A model generated the notes under the pieces. It made no database searches. It worked only from the letters and a program-made list of their open reading frames with translations, and was not told the DNA's origin. A program made the translations under genes and the position numbers. From Macrostomum lignano (taxonomy: Eukaryota), in NCBI GenBank assembly GCA_002269645.1, contig NIVC01002187.1, positions 1-39,601 on the forward strand: a stretch of DNA of 39,601 nucleotides. Direction: 5' to 3'. Positions 12,248-23,315 of this stretch are shown in pieces. Positions within the stretch are counted from its first letter, which is position 1; every line of letters begins with the position of its first letter.

Positions 12248-14082
12248 TTAAATGTTGCAAGTGCACGGATATTGTGGATGGGTAGATTAGTCGACTTATT
12301 TTTGCATTTACCCTCCAATCAGCTGCTATCTCCATTTCTATACGAACCTGTCTTAAAAGTTTAAGATCGTAGATTAGCAACAGCTTTTTCAATCATGCTA
12401 CTACAAGTAGTTATAAATGCTACCTGCCGGTATTGTTTCAAATGCACTGTTCAAAAAGTCCAAGTAAAAGCTATACTACACTGAACAATTAACCAGGGAA
12501 AATTATGTAAAATTCTTCACTGCATCGCCCATAGTCGGCAGTTGCTGCATAACCTCATATTCGCAACTGTTTCAGCCTTTCCTGTGTTGGCAACTTCTGC
12601 AAGATCAAGAACTGTACTGCAGCGCACAAATGGTCGAAGATGAGTTCGCGTTGCCGCAATCCTTACTCGCGAGAGCTACAATTTTGTTTATTCGATTCGA
12701 CTGTTCGCTCTTCACTTTCTTCACTTTTAATTTGTTATTATCCGTACTCTTGATCTTCAAAAACAAACTCTATATGTAATAACACATCGATTAAAAAGTG
12801 AACAACTAAATAATAATAGTAATAATATGTTCTACTTTTAAATGCGAGGCATCATAGTGTGGGGGAAACGTGCTGTTTGCTTTCAATAGCTAGGAGTTCT
12901 TGTTTTTTATAAAGCTTCTATACGACGCATTGAAAGGTAAAACTTAAAGGCAATCTCTGAAGGCCTGTTTTCAAATTTAAAAAGTCACACGAAACAAGGC
13001 ACGGTTAATCACGTAATCAAATGGTTCAAAAGTAACAAAAATGGCTGATTTAATTTTTTCAAACCCAGCCAGGCTATCAGTGTTAAGCTCTTTCTTCTTC
13101 GATGGAATTAAGCTATACATGATGATGATGTGGCTTTTCATCGATCCGCTCATGTCACGAAACTAAACTAAAGCAACTTTTGGCTACTATGCTTCTGCCA
13201 AAAAGAAAACCACACTGAAAAGCTTTGCCAACAATAATTGAGAACTTTCCATCTGAACGGTAGCTATAGCTATATACCAGCAATTTATCAATCGATCCTT
13301 GGTCTGTACTATTATTGATTATTGAAGCTTCGATGCCAACCTTAGCAAAATCGCTCAATTGAAAGCAACATTGCATATTAAAAATCTTATTGCATTGTCT
13401 GATTAAACCATCTAAGCGATTTCCTCGGTTTCGAAACTGGATGATATTGCAAGGGAACGTGGACGGGTATTAGGGCAAGTCTCATCTGGAAAGCGCTTGG
13501 CATAGCCACAGATTTCATTCCTAATGGCCAAATGCATTAAACAGGCTAACAAAAGCCACAAAAATTCCTGGCTTTTTTGATGTTCTACTCGTAATTTAGT
13601 CTTTGGTTCGCGTAGATACTTCAGTTCTCCAACATATCGCATGTACGTTACAATGACAAAAGTTGCTTTTTCTTCTCGAATTCGAGTTCTTGTCCAAAAA
13701 GCAGCATGCAGAAACTGCACCGTTTTATTTTGTGCCTACCAAAGATCGAGGTATTGTCTGAGTTAAATCATTTATTGTCCAGTTACAAAGTTGAAGTTGA
13801 ATTCAAACACTATGTTGAACTGTTTCGTTGTTGCATTTCCAGTGCTGGGCAAGTTAATCAATTTTTTTAACTCGTTAAAAGTTAAAAAGTTAATTTAATT
13901 GCTCCAAAAAAATTAACTGTAACTAGTTAATTATTTAACTTTTGCCCAAAATTTAACTTCTGAAAAGTTAAAAGTTAAAGTTAATAATTCCCTAACGGAA
14001 AAAGTGACATTTTCCCGGACATGTGTTCGGCGTGTTTTTTAAATTTCAGGTCGGCGCGGCGCGGCTGTGGCCAGGTCGCGGC

Positions 14083-15060
14083 GCCCTGGGGAGCTTGTCG
14101 GGGAATACTCCCCTGGGAATTAGACCGGGGACCCCGGGGAGAAAAAAAGCATTTTTAACTACATTTTTGCCATTTAAATAAGAAAATCATTGACAGAAAG
14201 CTGATTGAAACTCTGTCTATGCTTTTTTACTGCAAAACTGCTTATTTCAATGTATTACTTCAAACACAACACACGTTTGAATGGGGGGTTCATAAGACCG
14301 AAATTTCACAACGCCGAAACACCATACTTCACAAGACCGAAACTTCATAAGACCAAAATTTCACATCGTAGAAAACTTTACAATAAGGATTGTATTGCAT
14401 GCAGAATTTTCGGCGTTGTGAAATTTCGGTCTTATGAAATTAGCGACCCGTTTGAATGTTTTTTTTCACTATGAGTCTTTCAATCAAGCAAATTGAACGT
14501 ACAAGCGTAGAAACCCATCAGGAAAAAGAAGCCTTACTGACTATTGTGTTGGTCTGCGTTGACGGCTTGACGCATTTGACGCAGGCACAGCGCTGTGTTC
14601 TGCGTCAGTCACTGACGCATAGGGGGGTGTCATACAATAACAAAATACTCCATATTAGACAGGACAAAATGGTGATTTACATGCATCTGCAAGAAATTAA
14701 AATTCCGATTACAAAAACAGTCTCATTCATTAATTATCCTCCCACGAGTGCAGCTGCTGAGCATGCATTTTCCGCCTCCGGAGTCTGGACCCTTTCTGAT
14801 AAAGGTGCGCGCACGATTTGGTGATGCCATATTGTCAAATACAGTTTTAAACAAACATTGCCTTAAGTTTTTACCCTTGCGCCTTGAACATGTAGTCCAT
14901 CCAAAGCTTTAATCAAAGTTTAAAAAATGCCACTTAGTGACTTATAAAGATCTAAGTTATCCGCCGTTTTTTACTTATTTTTTCCCCGGGGTCCCCGGGA
15001 AATGACAGTAAATTCCCTGGGTCCCCGATAAGAAAATTCCCCAGGGAATCGACATCCCTA
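14083..15060 (+). mobile_element. Internally deleted second hAT element nested in the first; retains a remnant of the transposase C-terminal dimerisation domain
   Basis: The right end reverse-complements to TAGGGATG, a typical hAT terminus. Inverted subterminal CCGGGGACCCCGGGGA blocks at ~14116 and ~14985. PTSAAAEHAFSASG (14738-14780) then shifted RARFGDAIL resembles the hAT PxTS..ER.FS..G...R.RL motif. Left terminus and TSD not found. Confidence 0.65.
14284..14449. mobile_element. 166-bp Mutator-like MITE
   Basis: Inverted arms TTCATAAGACCGAAATTTCACAACGCCGAAA / TTTCGGCGTTGTGAAATTTCGGTCTTATGAA, GGG/CCC termini, perfect 9-bp TSD GTTTGAATG (14275-14283 and 14450-14458). Confidence 0.88.
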
Positions 15061-17510
15061 TGTACAACGATAACTTCTAGTAGTCCTTGGGTAGAATATC
15101 AATAGATAATAGTTGAAGATTCCAGAATCTTCCGAATATTCTATACATTATAACTTGTAACTGAAATATATACATGTAATAGTTTGTGACGCGTTAAATA
15201 ATGCTTAGAAAGGCGAAGTTATTTTATGTATGTATTAATTTTACTTTTTAATGGCATACAAGCTGTTGAAACCCGCGGATTTTGAACCCGGGGAACTCCA
15301 TTTCCCGGAATTATTAACTTTTGTCATTTAACTTTAACTTCAGAAATAAATTAACGATTTTTGTTAACTAGTTAATACATAAAAAATTTAACGAAAATTT
15401 AACGATTTTTAAAAAAATTTAACTAGTTAATTAACTAGTTAAACAATTAACTAGTTAACGCCCAGCACTGTGCATTTCCTGATGAAGTGTGTGTGTTAGC
15501 TAATAGCTATTTGCATGTGCTTGAATTAGGCTCAACGAACGAAATTGGTAGTAAATATGTAGCACGTTGCAGGTGATTGGCGTGGATTGGCGCGGGGCAC
15601 TTTCTGGTGAAAGGCATTACTCTCGCAATTCGATCTAATTGAAAAATATTCAGTTTTAATTGTCATTAAGTAGCTAAAAACCCACACTAAGCTAATATTG
15701 CATATCTGCGGGAGTAGACATTTTTTGTAGGCCCGAGAGCCGATTTCTCTGTTTAATTAAGTCTTATTAAAAGATTTGGGTTATAACTTGAATATACAAC
15801 CTGACACTATTTGCCTGTCTGTTAATAGCTAAATAATACATCATAGTTTTTAATTATAGTTTGTTGTTTTTAATACTTAATTTCCAAACTATATTTGCTG
15901 TTGTTTCTGTACTGCTACGCATGTTGGTTCTAATATTTTTCTAATTCAAAGCTAAATAAACAGTTTACCATCGTTGCATAAATAAAACGCTGTGCATGTT
16001 GAAAAGAACGTCAAAAAGCAATGTTGCTGTTCTCATTTAAATCAAGTTTTTGTTTAGCATACGAAATACTGAAGTTGCTACTCGTTGCTACTTATATTCG
16101 TATTTTTTGTTTATTTTGCAAGTTTCTGTCGTCTTGGGTAAGGACGACTGGAGCCAGGGGGCGTCGCCATGGATTTTAAGCCGAGAATTCTAAATGTACT
16201 TTTACATGACTGGGGATGGTTCTACGACAATGGCCTGCGCGGCATCTGCCTGACAACGCTAATCCCAAGGACCGAGGTGGTAGGGAATTAAATTCCAACC
16301 AAGGAAATAATTTTGTGCATGTTTTTGCTTTAATAAAACAAAGTTAATAACTGAGTGAACTAATGTACTGTGGTACTACACCATTTACCTCCTCTTTTCA
16401 ACAGTCTTTGTTCAAAAGAATCCAGCGCAGAAAAATTCAATTCAAACACTAAGAAATCTCAGCGCTTGCGGATATTCAACTCAAACAAAGTCCCTTTCTT
16501 TTGAAACAGATCATGCAGATGAAGTTCGATTCTGACGACTGTACGTCTGTCTCCGAGTGACGCCACCTAAAACCATTAATTGCCTGACCACCTGGCCAGG
16601 CAGTAAGGGACGTATGTAAACATGGTTGAACCACTCAGCAGTGCATTTTCCGAAGAGATGCAGCCAACGGAGTTCTGTCCACCATGTTATACAGAATGTC
16701 TTGCCATCCTTGGACTTCTCTCCGCTCTCCCTATCCTCATACATGTATGCTGTTGACTCCAAGTTGGCGCGCCAGTTCCAGCAAGCCATCTCCACGATCA
16801 GCAGCCTTGATCGATGATAGTCTCTGTCACTGTTGGTTTAAACCTCATCGATTCCGTCCTCTTCTAGCAATTTATCGTCTTCTTCAATCAGATCCTTTTT
16901 CTTTTGCACTCACGTCAATTCTTAGTGTGCAATAACTGTACAGTTATGCAGTACAATGAAAAAATAAAATATAAGAACGTTAGAATTAAATTTCCATTTG
17001 CTCAAATCTCTGTCGAAATATAGAATGTAGCTTTGTTTCTTTTAAATTTCCGATCTGCTCATATGTGTCCACCTCAGGGACAATTTTGGCCCCATACAGT
17101 CTGAATTGAACTTCTTCATCTGTTTCAATAGAAAGGGACTTTGTTTGTTTGAATTGAATTTCCGAAAGCGCTGAGATTTCTTTAAGTGTTTGAATTGAAG
17201 TTCTGCTTGTTTCTTTTGAGCAACACTTCAAATAGGGAGGTAAAATGGTGAGTAGCAAATACGATCTATCTTGCTGTCTTGCAACTCTGTGCTTGATCAG
17301 CTCTACTTGTGGCTTTCTTCTGAGTGAGCATAGAAGCACTATGTGGTGTGTATTTATGGCTAAGGGGTATGCGAACAAATGCATGCTGCTTACAGCAGGA
17401 AGCACTTAAAAATCGGATTTTCGTGGCATGAAAGCTAAAATAAGCCGCTAAAAGGCATATGATTTTTAACACACATTAATGCTTGTGGAAGCAAGCAAAA
17501 GTGACACTAC

Positions 17511-17532
17511 TTCTGGGACACCCCCTCGTATA
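17511..17532 (-). mobile_element. Possible solo Tc1/mariner-type terminal repeat
   Basis: Reverse complement TA-TACGAGGGGGTGTCCCAGAA resembles mariner termini. No partner end found. Confidence 0.25.
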
Positions 17533-17806
17533 TTTTGACGTTCTTACTGGTACAACCCTATATACTGGTATCTATAAAGTAACGACAATGCATTATTTTA
17601 GTGAATATTATTAACAGAATTTTTATACAAAATATAAGTTTTAATAAAAATCTGGGGTTTTAAGTATATATTGCAATATAAAAAAATGAGACAGCTACTG
17701 ATGAAAACCAGCGTAGGCACTATATATAATTAAATAAATCATCGCATAATAAGAAAAATAATAGCTGATTAAAGTGCGAGCAAATGTGAGAACTGATTCG
17801 GGAAGT

Positions 17807-17910
17807 TCTGAGGGATATTTAAGGGCGATTCTGAGGGATGTTTAAGGGCGATTTAGAAGGATATTTAAGGGGATTCTGTGGGATATTTAAGGGCGATTCT
17901 GAGAGATATA
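17807..17910. repeat. 23-bp tandem repeat, about 4.5 copies
   Basis: Unit TTCTGAGGGATATTTAAGGGCGA with substitutions. Confidence 0.85.
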
Positions 17911-18103
17911 TTTCCCTAACTTTTACATATAACCAGTCTAGAAAAAGCACTGCCAAACAAAGTCACAAACTTTACATTATACATAAGCCGAAATTACCGT
18001 CCTCGCCAAACTACGCGAAACTGCTGATCGACTGCGCGCAGCTTTGACAGAACCTCGATTGCTTCGAGGAACGGCTCCAATGCAGGTACATGCATGTTGC
18101 AAG

Positions 18104-19415
18104 TTAAACGCAACGTAGACTAAAATATAAGTAATAACGCTTTTGAAGGTCTATCAAACAAAGAGTCGCACCATTAACGCAACCACCGCACCAGTTATGT
18201 TTTTCATCTTTTAGTATACGGACCGGCAGTGCAGAATCAAAAATCTTATCTGGTATGATTTTTAGGCGACCCAGAAGGAGACAATTGTAGCAGCGCAAAT
18301 TCTTTTGTCATCAGCGTCAACGGCTCCAATATACTCCTTGCAAAGCTTGAAGTTTTTCAGGTTCCTTCGCTGGTCGTGGATTTTCATGAGCGCTGCCGTG
18401 ATGTTACTGTGGATTTGATCAGGTCCCGACTGGAGGATATAATCCGTCTTACTCTTATTGTACGTTTGTATCATAAGATGCGCCTCCTGAAGGATTACAA
18501 GCAGCAGAGTGAGCGGTTGGTATAACCACTTCTTCAGCAACTGTTTTATCCTGACACCGGGTGATTCGCACAGGAAAAAGTACAGGCATCTCTCTTAGAA
18601 CCTCTGAAATTGGAGTACCAACATAGTTAATATTGAGCTGCTCCCGTCGCTGCTCGTGGCTGGGTGGTACAGAGCCATCATGCTCGAAGTCGACGCTTTT
18701 AGCCATAATACTCTGACAGTCGGCCTCAGAATCGCTACTGATCCTTTGCCGCTTACTAACTGGCTGTTCATCAACTGAACTGCTGTCGTCTTCAGATGAT
18801 TCACTGCTAGAAGCCGCAGCAGCAGCAGCAGCAGCGGCGGCGGCGGCGGCAGCAGCACCGCCGTCACCTTCATTTGGGTGCCAGGCCACGCAGGAATCGA
18901 CGGCAACGACGCAGCAGACACCGCCGCCGCCGAGGCCGCCATGCTGCCACAAGCCACGGCTGCCATCAGTCTTCAGACAGCACGCACCGCCATCCGCCGA
19001 GATCGTAGCGCCTTTTGACGCTCAGGTCCTGGGCCCTCCGCTCCGCCCGACCGAGCGTCGCCATGAACCAGCTCCGTGCTGGCGTCAGCAGCCTCTGCGC
19101 CGTCACCCGAGCCCGCATCGGCCTACAGGAATCCGACGCCTGCCCCGACTGCGGCGCCCCGGATACCGTCGGCCACCTCGTTCGCCACTGTCCCCGAGGG
19201 GACGCCGCTCGCCTCCGCCTGTTCGGCAGCGACGACCCGTTGGAGGATCGGCACGGTCGCCCCTTTGCCCTCCTTCGCAGCATGGGGCGTTGGCCTCCAC
19301 CTCTCTTAGCACCGCGCAGTACTCCAACGGCGAGCCGGATAGAAGAAGAAGAAGAAGAAGCGGCGGCGGCAGCAGCAGCAGTTACTTTGCGCTTTCTTCT
19401 GTGCTTCTCGCGCAT
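18104..19415 (-). pseudogene. Unidentified disrupted ORF (basic N-terminus, poly-Ala, Ser/acidic tract, NLS-like KRQR, Cys-containing C-terminal pieces) interrupted by a LINE
   Basis: Removing 18858-19359 and one TSD copy fuses MREKHRRKRKVTAAA (19415) in frame with AAASSSESSEDDSSSVDEQPVSKRQRISSDSEAD. Protein-like text continues in shifted frames (18262-18540, 18104-18298). No family recognised. Confidence 0.5.
18858..19359 (+). mobile_element. 5'-truncated non-LTR retrotransposon (I/Ingi/Nimb-like group) with RNase H end, CCHC knuckle and (GAA)n tail
   Basis: VTFIWVPGHAGIDGNDAAD (RNase H C-terminal motif) from 18863. After a frame break, NQLRAG...CPDCGAPDTVGHLVRHCP (CX2CX7HX4C). (GAA)n tail ~19341-19360. 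Flanking duplication (G)CGGCGGCGGCAGCAGCA at 18840-18857 and 19360-19377. Confidence 0.9.
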
Positions 19416-19797
19416 CTGCTGAACGATTGGGCTTACAAATGAGTCAAGCTGTCTGCTGCGCAGATCTTAATTCGATCGACGGCAAATCTTAATTGCCCAA
19501 AAGCGGTATCCGTCGATTGTAGGAAAAGTCTAATATGTATTTTATACATGTAATGTAATCTGCTGGAAATTACATTGCGCATACTAATTTGGAATCAAAA
19601 ACTTGCATGTACATGGACATTAATAAAGCTAATAAATAAATAATAATTGATTACACCTGCCCTATAATTGGCAGATGTGCAACCGACAGCTCAGCCGCAG
19701 CTATTGCGCGGCGCATCTGAAAGCTGAGTACGGCTGCATGTACAGTCCAAGGGGGTCGCCACACATACCCTCAATTATCTCAGCTAATGCTGGCACC

Positions 19798-22214
19798 GGG
19801 TCGCCATCATAAGCGCGCACCGGCACAAGCGCGCCTGTGTATTTTATGTCAAAGTCTGGCACAGGCGCGCAGAGGCATAAGCGCGCACGTTTTGACTTGC
19901 ACAAGAGCGCGGTAGAAAGTGCTCAGCATTGGCATAAGTGAGCACCATCACAAGACCGCACTGGCATAAGCAAGCGCGCACTTCTGGCTCTGTGTTGCAA
20001 AAGCGCGCAGTCAAAGTTTGGCACAAGCGCGCAATGCAATAAATAAAAGCAGTCAAGTTGCTCCATCGTCTGTCACAAAGTAGTCGATTGTATTTGTATG
20101 AAAAAAAATCGAATTAAAAGTAAACATTAAAATTAAAATTAAAATTAAAACGCAGTCAAAAGGAAAAGAGCAGCTGCAGAAATCCCAGTTGCTGCTGACT
20201 GGGCAGGCCGTGTCCCAGCATGTCTGGTTGCTACTGACTGGGCAGGCCGTGTCCCAGCATGTCTGGTTGCTACTGACTGGGCAGGCCGTGTCCCAGCATG
20301 TCTGGTTGCTACTGACTGGGCAGGCCGTGTCCCAGCATGTCTGGTTGCTACTGACTGGGCAGGCCGTGTCCCGGCATGTCTGGTTGCTACTGACTGGGCA
20401 GGCCGTGTCCCAGCATGTCTGGTTGCTACTGACTGGGCAGGCCGTGTCCCGGCATGTCTGGTTGCTACTGACTGGGCAGGCCGTGTCCCAGCATGTCTGG
20501 TTGCTACTGACTGGGCAGGCCGTGTCCCGGCATGTCTGGTTGCTACTGACTGGGCAGGCCGTGTCCCAGCATGTCTGGTTGCTACTGACTGGGCAGGCCG
20601 TGTCCCAGCATGTCTGGTTGCTACTGACTGGGCAGGCCGTGTCCCAGCATGTCTGGTTGCTACTGACTGGGCAGGCCGTGTCCCAGCATGTCTGGTTGCT
20701 ACTGACTGGGCAGGCCGTGTCCCGGCATGTCTGGCTGCTGCTGACTGGGCAGGCCGTGTCCCAGCATGTCTGGTTGCTACTGACTGGGCAGGCCGTGTCC
20801 CAGCATGTCTGGTTGCTACTGACTGGGCAGGCCGTGTCCCAGCATGTCTGGTTGCTACTGACTGGGCAGGCCGTGTCCCAGCATGTCTGGTTGCTACTGA
20901 CTGGGCAGGCCGTGTCCCAGCATGTCTGGTTGCTACTGACTGGGCAGGCCGTGTCCCAGCATGTCTGGTTGCTACTGACTGGGCAGGCCGTGTCCCAGCA
21001 TGTCTGGTTGCTACTGACTGGGCAGGCCGTGTCCCGGCATGTCTGGCTGCTGCTGACTGGGCAGGCCGTGTCCCAGCATGTCTGGTTGCTACTGACTGGG
21101 CAGGCCGTGTCCCAGCATGTCTGGTTGCTACTGACTGGGCAGGCCGTGTCCCAGCATGTCTGGTTGCTACTGACTGGGCAGGCCGTGTCCCAGCATGTCT
21201 GGTTGCTACTGACTGGGCAGGCCGTGTCCCGGCATGTCTGGTTGCTACTGACTGGGCAGGCCGTGTCCCAGCATGTCTGGTTGCTACTGACTGGGCAGGC
21301 CGTGTCCCGGCATGTCTGGTTGCTACTGACTGGGCAGGCCGTGTCCCAGCATGTCTGGTTGCTACTGACTGGGCAGGCCGTGTCCCGGCATGTCTGGTTG
21401 CTACTGACTGGGCAGGCCGTGTCCCAGCATGTCTGGTTGCTACTGACTGGGCAGGCCGTGTCCCAGCATGTCTGGTTGCTACTGACTGGGCAGGCCGTGT
21501 CCCAGCATGTCTGGTTGCTACTGACTGGGCAGGCCGTGTCCCAGCATGTCTGGTTGCTACTGACTGGGCAGGCCGTGTCCCGGCATGTCTGGCTGCTGCT
21601 GACTGGGCAGGCCGTGTCCCAGCATGTCTGGTTGCTACTGACTGGGCAGGCCGTGTCCCAGCATGTCTGGTTGCTACTGACTGGGCAGGCCGTGTCCCAG
21701 CATGTCTGGTTGCTACTGACTGGGCAGGCCGTGTCCCAGCATGTCTGGCTGCTGCTGACTGGGCAGGCCGTGTCCCAGCATGTCTGGTTGCTATACTGAC
21801 TGGGCAGGCCGTGTCCCAGCATGTCTGGTTGCTACTGACTGGGCAGGCCGTGTCCCGGCATGTCTGGCTGCTGCTGACTGGGCAGGCCGTGTCCCGGCAT
21901 GTCTGGACGTATCTATCGACAGTGTACATGCTTACAATTGTGCCAACTGTGCCTAAAGTAACTCTGTTTACACCCTAACCCACCACCCCTTGTGTACTAC
22001 AGCTTTGATTTATATTTTTCTACACTATCAAGTCAGTCGCCAAATGAAGTGGCTTGTGCCTTAGCGAGTAAATAATGCGCTCTTGCGCCAAAGTCTGACA
22101 GCGCGCTTAAGCCACAGCGTGTCAAAAGTGCGCGCCTCTGCCAGTGCGCTCTTGCGCTGCTGCGCTCTTGTGCCGGTGCGCGCCTCTGCCAGTGCGCGCT
22201 TATGAAGCGTTCCC
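19798..22214. mobile_element. Non-autonomous TIR element with subterminal GCGCGC-motif arms, carrying the 39-bp minisatellite
   Basis: Left end GGGTCGCCATCATAAGCGCGCAC; right end reverse-complements to GGGAACGCTTCATAAGCGCGCAC. Inverted CATAAGCGCGCA and GGCACAAG(A/C)GCGC motifs in 19798-20035 and 22055-22214. 8-bp direct repeat CTGGCACC at 19790-19797 and 22215-22222. Confidence 0.72.
20188..21906. repeat. 39-bp minisatellite, about 44 copies
   Basis: Unit GTTGCTACTGACTGGGCAGGCCGTGTCCCAGCATGTCTG with CCCA/CCCG and GTTGCTACT/GCTGCTGCT variants, plus one 2-bp insertion near 21793. Confidence 0.98.
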
Positions 22215-22648
22215 CTGGCACCCATTTTACAGCTGGTACGGCATTCATGTACTCTATACTCATACATAGTGCATGTACAGCAAGAGAAAGTCAGGTGCGT
22301 TCTTATAAATTGCAGTGTGCATGTTCAACATTTTTTAACTTTTTAATTCCCCAAAACCCTTGTACTATAGCTAATACATGATGTAGATTCTGCATACCCG
22401 AGGTTCTGAATCGAAGATTTTTTTCGAGAAAAAGAATTATATGTAAGAGTTTGCAATCACAGCTGCTTTTCGACAGATGGGTTCCACCAATTGCATGAGA
22501 TGAGCTTCTCACTGTAATTGCGTGACGCCTTGACTATATTGACTTGTTGCCATACAGCTAGTGCATGCATTCAACAATTGGTACATGTTAAATGTGTATA
22601 TCGTCGAAATTAAGTACACTTTTCATGTGCATGTATTTTTCAAGTCAA

Positions 22649-23034
22649 GGACTATTATATAAAGTCGGACAAAAAACTTTTAGGAGGCAGTTATTACCGA
22701 AAAATACTGTACTGCATACATTACGAGATGCAACTGTAGGAGGCTCTCATTTTTTCAGCACAAAAGTTGTTGTTTGCTTTTATAGATAAGAGGCAGACCC
22801 AATGTTCATCTTTTGATTTCTTGCCTTCTTTCTTATAGCTCTATTGATATTCATATTTTTTAGCCAGAATTCATAACATTCTTTGTTAATTTTATACCCT
22901 ACACGTACATGTACAATCGTACATGTAAATTTCATGTGCCTAATAATAATTAAAATGGCACAACTCGACTCATTGCATGGCTTTATGAATCGATTTCATC
23001 ATTCTGTTGCACTTCTGTTGCACATATGCAGTCA
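22649..23034 (+). mobile_element. Copy 3 (older, apparently full length) of the ~380-bp TTAA-associated repeat
   Basis: Starts AA|GGACTATT and ends GCAGTCA|TTAA (a degenerate inverted terminus). Internal blocks match 11529-11890. Confidence 0.6.
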
Positions 23035-23315
23035 TTAAGCTATAATAATGATCAAATAGCAGCAATCGATATCGACGGACGAGCGGTTCCAAGCGGCTTC
23101 GTTTGTCACGCGTATAGTCCTGCAGTCGGAGAGACCCTACCTACCCGAGATCCAGCACGCCGAGACCTGGACGCCGACAGTTTCGTTCGAAAAGCAAGTT
23201 GACGCGACGCGCGCTGACCTGCTAGTACCGCGCCGCGCCGTCTTCAAGGTCTGCAGCGACGATCGAATGAGCCTGCCTGCTGGCTGACGCCGGCGCCCTA
23301 GATTCGGTTGGAGGC

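Larger units (their letters stand above)
13840..15470. mobile_element. Non-autonomous hAT element with nested insertions
   Basis: Perfect 11-bp TIR CAGTGCTGGGC (13840-13850) / GCCCAGCACTG (15460-15470). Perfect 8-bp TSD TGCATTTC (13832-13839 and 15471-15478). Subterminal arrays of GTTAA/TTAAC motifs in inverted orientation. Confidence 0.92.

Noticed and set aside
13155-13720. Two minus-strand protein-like ORFs (73 and 102 aa)
   Set aside because: No recognisable motif or supported splice structure; may be decayed coding sequence, but I cannot support a call.
15570-15600. Tandem ATTGG (CCAAT-box) motifs with a GC-rich flank
   Set aside because: No adjacent supported transcription unit.
17694-17730. 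CTGATGA core suggesting a hammerhead ribozyme (Penelope-type)
   Set aside because: No stem II followed by GAAA and no closing stems around it; other CTGATGA hits are inside coding sequence.
20053-21929. Long ORFs of 536-594 aa over the 39-bp array, including the Cys-rich repeat QTCWDTACPVSSN reminiscent of insect antifreeze or adhesive proteins
   Set aside because: A 39-bp unit without stops gives open frames automatically. Three frames on both strands are open, there is no signal peptide or unique domain, no synonymous-site bias, and the array lies inside a TIR element.
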